From positions 1,376,001 to 1,440,000 of the forward strand of contig CP147780.1 in assembly GCA_037310415.1 (NCBI GenBank): DNA of 64,000 nucleotides, given 5' to 3'. Made by a program: the position numbers and the translations under genes. Source of the DNA: Candidatus Atabeyarchaeum deiterrae. GTDB taxonomy: Archaea > Asgardarchaeota > Atabeyarchaeia > Atabeyarchaeales > Atabeyarchaeaceae. Below the pieces are notes generated by a model. The model was not told where the DNA came from. It did no database searches and saw nothing but the letters and a program-made list of their open reading frames with translations. This document shows, piece by piece, positions 56,827-64,000 of this stretch. How positions within the stretch are numbered: position 1 is the first letter of the stretch; every line of letters starts with the position of its first letter.

Positions 56827-58899
56827 CTAAGATCCCAATTCCTCCTTAGATCTTCTTTTCTCCCTAATCTTCTCTTTTAGTTCTTCTCTGGCGCCATTCA
56901 ATTCCCTTATTTTGTCTCTTATCTTTGCCGCTTTCTCGAATTCTAGTTTCTGCGCAGCAAGTAGCATTTCCTCTTCAAGGTTAGCAATGATGATTTCCAA
57001 CTTGTCCTTCGAGTATCTTCCATATCCTTTTTTCTCTGTGAAAGTTGTAGAGGCTTCGGCTATCGGTGCAGGGGATTCAAGTAGAGCTCTTACTTCCTTT
57101 CTGACTGACTGCGGCGTCACCCCGTGTTCTAGGTTGTATTCCAGTTGTATCCTCCTCCGCCTTTCAGTTTCCTCTATAGCTTTCCTCATTGATTCCGTGA
57201 CCTCATCTGCGTACATTATCACTTGACCGAAAACGTTTCTTGCAGCCCGACCCATCGTCTGTATTAGCGCCACATCCGATCTTAGGAATGACTCTTTGTC
57301 GGCATCAAGTATAGCCACCAAGGAGACCTCTGGCAAATCGAGACCTTCACGAAGCAGGTTGATCCCAACAATCACATCATACTCCCCTACCCTTAGATCC
57401 CTGAGTATCTCGGTCCTCTTCAGTGTTTCAACCTCAGAGTGGAGATACTGGACCTTAGTTTCCAAAGATTGGAGGTACTCCGCCAGATCCTCTGCCATCC
57501 TTTTGGTAAGAGTTGTGACCAGAACCCTCTGGCCCCTCTCAACTCTTTTCCTAATCTCCTTAACCAGGTCGTCAACTTGTCCTTTGGTCGGGCGGATGAC
57601 TATCTCAGGGTCGACCAACCCTGTGGGTCTCACGAGTTGCTCGACAACTTGTTCACTTTTACGTAATTCGTAGGCAGCTGGTGTTGCTGAAGTGTATATC
57701 ACCTGGTTCAAATGTCTCTCGAATTCCTCGAAGTAAAGTGGTCTATGATCATATGCGGAGGGTAATCTGAAACCATAGTCAACAAGGTTCTTCTTCCTAG
57801 ATCTATCGCCAAAGTACATTCCCTGAATCTGAGGCATGGTAACATGCGACTCATCTATAACCGTTAGAAAGTCCTTTGGAAAGAAGTCCAGCAACGTAAA
57901 AGGAGGCTCGCCAGTCTTGCGGCCATCAAAGTACCTATCATAGTTTTCGATTCCGGCGACATAACCTGTTTGCTTTATCATCTCCAAGTCGTACTTCGTT
58001 CTCTGCTCGAGTCGTTGGGCCTCGAGAAGTTTGCCAGCGCTCCGTAATTCTTGGGCTCTCTGAACCATTTCCATTTCAATTTCATGCAGCATCCTGTCTC
58101 TGTCCTGTTTTGGGGCAACATAGTGTCGCGCAGGAAAGATGAGAGTTTCACCCATTTCTTTAATGGTTCTTCCTGTAACATGGTCTATCTGAGCTATCCT
58201 GTCAACCACATCATCGAGCAATTCGATTCTGGCAATATTCTCTTCGTCAGCTGAGCATATCTCAACGGTATCACCTCTAACCCTGAACCTCCCCCTTGCC
58301 AGTGCTACATCATTTCTTTCATACTGCATTTCCACGAGTCTACGCAACAAGTTGTCTCTGTCTACCTTCTCTCCCTTCTTCAGTGTTAGCGCTAGCGCTC
58401 TATATTCATCAGGAGAGCCAAGTCCGAAGATGCACGAAACACTGGCAACGATTATCACATCGCGGCGAGTGAGGAGCGCCTGAGTTGTTCTATGCCTAAG
58501 TCGGTCAATCTCGTCATTGATAGACGAGTCCTTCTCAATGTAGAGATCGGGCGCAGGAAGGTAAGCTTCAGGCTGATAGTAATCGTAATATGACACAAAG
58601 TACTCGACGGCGTTTTCAGGGAAGAATGCCCTGAATTCGCTGCAGAGTTGAGCAGCAAGAGTCTTGTTGTGCGAAATGACCAGAGTAGGTCTTTGCACAT
58701 TCTGGATCACTGCACCGACGACAAACGTCTTTCCCGATCCCGTGACGCCCAAGAGAGTTTGATGTCTCATCCCCGATCGAATTCCTTCAGTAAGCTTCGC
58801 TATCGCATTCGGCTGATCACCCTTAGGGACGAAGTCCGTTACCAGTTTGAAATGTCCATTGCCTCTCATGCCTGATCCATGTCTCCACCAAGATGTCAT
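56827..58899 (-). CDS. uvrB: Excinuclease ABC subunit B
   Basis: GDQP, GVTGSGKT, YYDYYQPEAY beta-hairpin, DESH, C-terminal UVR domain. Confidence 0.97.
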   Translation of the reverse strand: MTSWWRHGSGMRGNGHFKLVTDFVPKGDQPNAIAKLTEGIRSGMRHQTLLGVTGSGKTFVVGAVIQNVQRPTLVISHNKTLAAQLCSEFRAFFPENAVEYFVSYYDYYQPEAYLPAPDLYIEKDSSINDEIDRLRHRTTQALLTRRDVIIVASVSCIFGLGSPDEYRALALTLKKGEKVDRDNLLRRLVEMQYERNDVALARGRFRVRGDTVEICSADEENIARIELLDDVVDRIAQIDHVTGRTIKEMGETLIFPARHYVAPKQDRDRMLHEIEMEMVQRAQELRSAGKLLEAQRLEQRTKYDLEMIKQTGYVAGIENYDRYFDGRKTGEPPFTLLDFFPKDFLTVIDESHVTMPQIQGMYFGDRSRKKNLVDYGFRLPSAYDHRPLYFEEFERHLNQVIYTSATPAAYELRKSEQVVEQLVRPTGLVDPEIVIRPTKGQVDDLVKEIRKRVERGQRVLVTTLTKRMAEDLAEYLQSLETKVQYLHSEVETLKRTEILRDLRVGEYDVIVGINLLREGLDLPEVSLVAILDADKESFLRSDVALIQTMGRAARNVFGQVIMYADEVTESMRKAIEETERRRRIQLEYNLEHGVTPQSVRKEVRALLESPAPIAEASTTFTEKKGYGRYSKDKLEIIIANLEEEMLLAAQKLEFEKAAKIRDKIRELNGAREELKEKIREKRRSKEELGS

Positions 58900-59057
58900 G
58901 ATTAATGAGAACAGTCAGACTGATGCATTATCGCAGCACTGCTTATGAAGCAATGTGACAGTTGATATCCCAAGGCTTAAAATACTTCCATCTGCAACAC
59001 AAAGAGAAGATCCACCCTTAAGTCCGGCTGGGTCAGAATTGCCGTCAGACTGAACTC

Positions 59058-59681
59058 ATGTTGAATCATATTCTCGTCAGGAGGCCTTATTCGCGGTTGA
59101 CGAACGAAAGAGAAATCCTCATCCAGTTTGCGGAAAAGCTGATTTCAAACATCGCTGATCAATGGAGGGGGCACTGGTGTTTCTTCGCTGGATTCGCATT
59201 TCTGCTGAACGGAGTTGAAAAGAAGACTTACGACATCGATGTATTGGCGAAGGATAAGGAAACATATCAACACATAGGCAACATAGTGAGAGACATGGGA
59301 ATGCACAGCAAAAATGCATCTGAGATCTTCTCCTCATTCTTGGCTAGGTCAAGTGGCAAAGGGTCTTCCAAGGAACTCTCTTTGGACCTCCTGCTGATAA
59401 GCGACGAGTGGGCTAGGCACTTCAGCGACATGTGGACTGACCTCGAGTTCAAGCAACTAGGTGACTTCAAGTTTCCAGTCCCGAAGCCTATCGACCTTAT
59501 TCTTCTTAAGATAATAGTCAATGCGAATCGTAAACTTGGCGATGAGAAGAAGGAACGAGACTTGGTTGACGTTCAACAACTCATGTTGAAACGACGAATA
59601 GTCAGGCAACAGATAGTTGAGGAAGCGACCAACCGCGGACTTGAAGACATAACGCTGAGATTTCTTGGCAAGTTGAAGTAG
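59058..59681 (+). CDS. Pol-beta-fold nucleotidyltransferase (DUF6036/AbiEii-like)
   Basis: AGFA...TYDIDV, PIDLILLK, KERDLVD. Confidence 0.65.
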   Translation: MLNHILVRRPYSRLTNEREILIQFAEKLISNIADQWRGHWCFFAGFAFLLNGVEKKTYDIDVLAKDKETYQHIGNIVRDMGMHSKNASEIFSSFLARSSGKGSSKELSLDLLLISDEWARHFSDMWTDLEFKQLGDFKFPVPKPIDLILLKIIVNANRKLGDEKKERDLVDVQQLMLKRRIVRQQIVEEATNRGLEDITLRFLGKLK

Positions 59682-59738
59682 GCAGTCCAGAAAAAGGAGG
59701 AACTTATTCTGTCTGTTTCGAGGAAGAGCCTTCTGGGT

Positions 59739-60320
59739 CTATATTTCACATCTCATGATAGGTCGAGAATCTGATCGTCTTACAACCTCCACGAAGCCAG
59801 CCTTACGAAACGCGGATGCAAGTCCATAGTAAGCAAAGGCATCAGGAATTCTACCCTTCCCAGGATCCACTGGATACCCTTCAATGATCTTTCCGCCTTG
59901 GTTACACACATGCTCGACTGCCGCTCTCAACAGCTTCACGGTTATGCCTTTTTATCTGAATCGCTTGTCAACATAGAAACAAACCACAGACCACACTGGT
60001 TTGTCGTCAACTGGTTTGAGGATTCGAGACCTCCCTAAGACAGGATAGTCTTCTCTCGGCGCTACTGAACACCACGCGATTGGTTGGTCACCAGCATAAG
60101 CTAAGAGTCTTGGGGCTCTTCCGGAGTCGACTATGCTCTTCAAAGCCCTTTTGTTTCCGTCGCCTTTCTGTTTGTTGAACTTGGAGCGCTCCAATCTCCA
60201 CCACATGCACCAGCATCCTCCACATGCTCCCCGTTCGCCAAACAACTTTTCCAAATCCGTCCATCTTTCGGGGGTAAGAGGACAAGACGTCAAATCTGAG
60301 ACTTCTTGTGCTGCTGGCAC
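59739..60320 (-). pseudogene. GNAT acetyltransferase split by an in-frame TAA
   Basis: GCWCMWWR..VWSVVCFYVDKRFR*KGITVKLL..IEGYP..GF. TAA at 59952-59954; both track ORFs are in the same frame. Confidence 0.85.
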
Positions 60321-60543
60321 TTCAATGCTCCCACCTTGAGACAGGAATCTCGTTTAGTAGCGTTCTCTCAACGCAGACAGATGCCATAAAGAGAACATTG
60401 AGTTTTATTTAACTCTCCTTGCGCAGGTCACATATCATAGATTGCGGCAAATACGCAGATAAGCGATTTTCACCAAAGAAGTCAGAAGCAGTAACCTTTA
60501 TTCTTTAACAACAGAATAGTATGGTGCGTTTTACATAAAAAGG

Positions 60544-61287
60544 GTGAAGATCTCCATGAGTGGCCCCGAAATGATTCTCTATGAAAAGAAAGGCAAAGTC
60601 GCTGTGATTAAACTCAACCGTCCTGAACTGAATCTGATCAATGGAAAAGTGATAAGCGGCCTAATGAACTCATTGAATGACGCGGAAGAGGATCCGAACA
60701 TCCGCAGCGTAGTCTTCATGGGTGTAGGTGGCAAAGCTTTCTCTGCGGGAATCGACTTGAAATATGTTAGCTCACTTCAAAAGGAAGAGCAGGTGAAGTT
60801 TGCAGAGTCGACAAATGAACTTGTCTACAAGATTGCCAAATTCAGCAAGCCCACTATAGCTGCTGTCCATGGACACGCAATCGGATTGGGCTACATGATC
60901 GCCCTGGCATCAGATATGCGGGTCGCAGCGCAAGACACCATTTTCCGGATTCCTGAAGTAGAACTCGGAATGTTTCCAGGCTCGGGGATCACGGTTGTCT
61001 CCCTCAAATGCGGATTCTTACCCTCTCATCTTCTAGAACTCATCCTCACGTGTAAGGAGTTCGATATAAACAGGGCGGATAGACTTGGACTAATCAACAA
61101 GATCGTTTCTAGAGAAGAATTGGAAGAAGCCGCATTATCATTCGCGAAGAAGATCTCACTTGCAGATCCAGCTGTGGCAATACCAATTAAGAAGCTCATA
61201 AGAGACTACACCGCACTGGGATTCGATGAAGCACAGAAAAAGGAAAGCGAACTCCACTTTGAATACATGAAGAAAAAATTCAAGTAA
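60544..61287 (+). CDS. Enoyl-CoA hydratase/isomerase family
   Basis: FSAGIDL, KPTIAAVHG, PEVELG. Confidence 0.88.
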   Translation: MKISMSGPEMILYEKKGKVAVIKLNRPELNLINGKVISGLMNSLNDAEEDPNIRSVVFMGVGGKAFSAGIDLKYVSSLQKEEQVKFAESTNELVYKIAKFSKPTIAAVHGHAIGLGYMIALASDMRVAAQDTIFRIPEVELGMFPGSGITVVSLKCGFLPSHLLELILTCKEFDINRADRLGLINKIVSREELEEAALSFAKKISLADPAVAIPIKKLIRDYTALGFDEAQKKESELHFEYMKKKFK

Positions 61288-61319
61288 GAATGTACTGAAA
61301 GACGAAAACTGGTATGGGA

Positions 61320-62417
61320 TCACTTCAGCTTGGTCAGTCTCTCTACTCTTTCAGAAATTGATGGATGGCTCATAATTGCACCAGTGAACCTCGAGAATTT
61401 CATCGGGATGAGGTTGTATTCAGCCAGTTTCAGTAGCGCTGCTGAGAGGTGCTGAGGACTTGTGCTTCTTGCCGCGAGCAGATCTGCTTCCAACTCAAAC
61501 ATGCGTCTGATCTTCAGCAGAATCAGATAGACAACTGTGAAAGGAACCATATACTCGACGACTATGAGAGCTAGAAGGATCACTTCATCTGGGATCACAA
61601 AACCGCTAATCAGGAGAAACTCTAGGAAAGCTATTCCGAGAACGGAGAGAAGCAAGTAAACGCCGGCCATTAATGCAACTATGATCAACATGAGCTTCAA
61701 TATGTGATGGTACTTCATGTGTGCAAGCTCGTGGGCAATTACAGCCTCAACTTCGTCCTTGTTCAGCACCTTGTCGATCTCGCCAATGAGGTATATTCTT
61801 CGTTGTCTCTGAGCAAACCCCAACTGGGCCGCATTGATAGCTTTGAATCCTCTGACCGGAACATGGTAGGCGCCTCCTGCTTTGCCTTTAATGCCCATTC
61901 TGTCTTCAAGGTTGTTGATTGTAACAGTCAGTTCCACATCCTCAATTCTTTCCTTCTTCAGGATGGATCCATAAATTCTTGGCATTATGATTCCAACGAT
62001 GAGAATTGCCAGTGCCATTATCAAAAACGTTAAGGGCGTCGAGAAAATGTCCCCACCTGGCTCAAGTAGCCAGAAAGAAGTGGAAAGAAGGAGCAGTACT
62101 GCGAACGGAACTAGGAAAACGATCCTAGAACGCAACTTGTAACTGAAGTAGCCCCTAAAACCTAAGGTAGTCCTGTCGTATTTCTTGTCGAGTCTGTACT
62201 CAAGCGGAGACACAATGACTGCTGATAACAAGAATGCAGCTGCTATGACCCATGTTACAGAAGTAATCTGAAAGAAATCACTATCATAGAACATCGGCAC
62301 GTATAGCATCATGTACGCAAGTCCGATGGCAATGAAAAACCCAAGCAAGAGTATAGTGAACATTCTCAAGCGAAAACCGCCTGAGAAATACTTTTTTGCC
62401 AATTGGTCGTCCATCAA
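61320..62417 (-). CDS. M48 (HtpX/Ste24-like) membrane zinc protease
   Basis: TM helices, NAA, HELAH, ELEAD, SHPSISER. Confidence 0.88.
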   Translation of the reverse strand: MMDDQLAKKYFSGGFRLRMFTILLLGFFIAIGLAYMMLYVPMFYDSDFFQITSVTWVIAAAFLLSAVIVSPLEYRLDKKYDRTTLGFRGYFSYKLRSRIVFLVPFAVLLLLSTSFWLLEPGGDIFSTPLTFLIMALAILIVGIIMPRIYGSILKKERIEDVELTVTINNLEDRMGIKGKAGGAYHVPVRGFKAINAAQLGFAQRQRRIYLIGEIDKVLNKDEVEAVIAHELAHMKYHHILKLMLIIVALMAGVYLLLSVLGIAFLEFLLISGFVIPDEVILLALIVVEYMVPFTVVYLILLKIRRMFELEADLLAARSTSPQHLSAALLKLAEYNLIPMKFSRFTGAIMSHPSISERVERLTKLK

Positions 62418-62552
62418 AACAGTCCAGCTGTTCGAGCATTATCGTTTCAACATACTGAAAACTAACCCCACTTATAAAGTGTGGTTCCCATTGTCCCGAG
62501 CTGGAACCACAATTCTCTTCAAAAAGGATGAAGTTGGAGAGATGCATGTCTC

Positions 62553-63482
62553 CTACTCTGGTGCAGGAATTGCGCCGGACTGATCTAATGGATTCGTACC
62601 CTTGCTGATGACATCACGCACTATATCAACTATGATGTTCATTATGGCCTCTCTATATGCAGTATCCACGGCCACACAACCATAAGTTCTGACTCCAAGT
62701 TGCCTATGAATTTCCTCTGGCTTCAACCTTCCTGGTAGATCCTGCTTATTTGCTATACAGATGATCTCCGCGCTAGGTTCAACCCTGCGGCACAAATCAA
62801 GAAGCGGCTTACTACCGACCACGTTCTCAACAGATGAGTCCGTTACAAAGAGAATTAACGCAGCTCCCCTGAGGAAGATCACCCAAGTCTTATGATATTC
62901 CTGCTGTCCAGCTAGGTCCCAAACGATCACCCTAGTTCCATCAATCTGGAAGAGCTTCCGATCTACATCAGCGCCTATCGTAGCGTGGTAAGCTCCTGGG
63001 GATTTTAGGCCCTTAAGTAAGTTGAAAATAGTTGTCTTACCGACGGCAGCACGGCCAGCCAAGGCGATCTTCAGTCGGGAGCCCTGTTTAGCTTTCAACC
63101 CATCCTCAATGGCTCCAACTTGAGATTCTAATACTTTCTCAGCCGCATCGGATAGCGATGTATCGCTTCCAGATAGACTCTTGATCGAGTATATGTCAGG
63201 TCCTTGTTGTGTTTCTTCGCCTCCTTCAATCTGTTCCGGAGTAAGTGACAAGATTGAAGGCGGGGGTGTAGCTTGTGGTGGTGAAGTGGATTCGAGTTGA
63301 GGAACGGTTGCATCTGGCGGAGTTGTGGTGTATGGTGAGACTGTTGGTGTAGTTCCTATTGACTTTTCTATTCTCTCAATTACGTTGGCGTAAGTATTTA
63401 GTGCATTTGCCAGTTGCCTAATGAAGATCTTTGTTGCTCTTGTCAGTTCTCTGAGTTTCTCATCTTTGCGCTCGGAACTCAT
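62553..63482 (-). CDS. Arf/Rab-like small GTPase with long N-terminal extension
   Basis: GRAAVGKT, TIG, WDLAGQ, NKQD; N-terminal helix and Pro/Thr-rich linker. Confidence 0.9.
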   Translation of the reverse strand: MSSERKDEKLRELTRATKIFIRQLANALNTYANVIERIEKSIGTTPTVSPYTTTPPDATVPQLESTSPPQATPPPSILSLTPEQIEGGEETQQGPDIYSIKSLSGSDTSLSDAAEKVLESQVGAIEDGLKAKQGSRLKIALAGRAAVGKTTIFNLLKGLKSPGAYHATIGADVDRKLFQIDGTRVIVWDLAGQQEYHKTWVIFLRGAALILFVTDSSVENVVGSKPLLDLCRRVEPSAEIICIANKQDLPGRLKPEEIHRQLGVRTYGCVAVDTAYREAIMNIIVDIVRDVISKGTNPLDQSGAIPAPE

Positions 63483-63831
63483 GGATATATCCCTCAGAAT
63501 AGCACATGCAGGTAAGCGCTTTTTGAGCGTTTCTCCCCGCCTGGATGTGCCTCTCTCTGCTCTAACAATGAGTTTGCTAGTATATATTTCAGATCAGCGT
63601 TTGGAGACTCTATCAGATATATCCTTGCGATTTCTGCAAGGAAAGTGTCAATACTCACTCGTGTAAATCAACTGGCGCCAGGACTGCTTGGCAATCATAC
63701 TGTTGCGAAAATCTCCTATTTCGGAGGCAACTTGCTGACACACAGCTAAAGCGTTAAATATGCTCGTATCGCAGATTATTGTGTAATAGCGATGTTTCAC
63801 TATCAATCATCTTAATCTGGTGAGGATTCTT

Positions 63832-64000
63832 TTGCCTCAAGGAATAATCGTAGTGAAATGGGATGAAGCTGAGGGTACCGTACTTGAATCACAGTACCCC
63901 AAGTCAGTTGAAATCTCGTCCGACGAGATGATGAGAATTTTTACAAGCCATGCGATGGGTGAAGGTAAACCTGGTTTTCTCGCTATGAAGCTTGGCAGCC
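63832..64000 (+). CDS. Partial ORF, uDENN/longin-like N-terminus (runs off the window)
   Basis: Manual translation from TTG after GGTGAGG: MPQGIIVVKWDEAEGTVLESQYPKSVEISSDEMMRIFTSHAMGEGKPGFLAMKLGS. Confidence 0.6.
   Translation, partial: MPQGIIVVKWDEAEGTVLESQYPKSVEISSDEMMRIFTSHAMGEGKPGFLAMKLGS

Noticed and set aside
1-64000. CRISPR array, tRNA, rRNA or provirus
   Set aside because: No regularly spaced repeats, cloverleaf or rRNA-like tracts, or viral hallmark genes were seen; tnpB has no adjacent array, so it is not called Cas12f.

Overview
Gene-dense 64-kb archaeal chromosome segment, most likely from an Asgard archaeon. This is an inference from two Rab/Arf-like small GTPases, a longin-domain protein and a partial uDENN/longin-like ORF sitting among archaeal markers (pelota, AfpA, TrpB2, HdrA). 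Contents: an IS200/IS605 element with a frameshifted tnpA and an intact tnpB whose RuvC site is rearranged as in Fanzor; two 2-oxoacid:ferredoxin oxidoreductases, one translationally coupled to an HdrA-MvhD fusion and an HdrC-GltD/NfnB fusion with no HdrB; a TusA/DsrE/IscS/SufS sulfur-relay cluster; a sugar-catabolism cluster with an LsrK-like kinase; a group 3b [NiFe] hydrogenase; uvrA, uvrB, fpg and udg repair genes; and lipid-metabolism enzymes. The best candidate for a new system is a structured ~80-nt leader in front of a QueT transporter (GC stem, anti-SD in the loop, A-rich linker, perfect SD), a possible archaeal 7-deazaguanine (preQ0/preQ1) riboswitch. No rRNA, tRNA or CRISPR array was seen. 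All calls rest on motifs read by eye, with no database searches.
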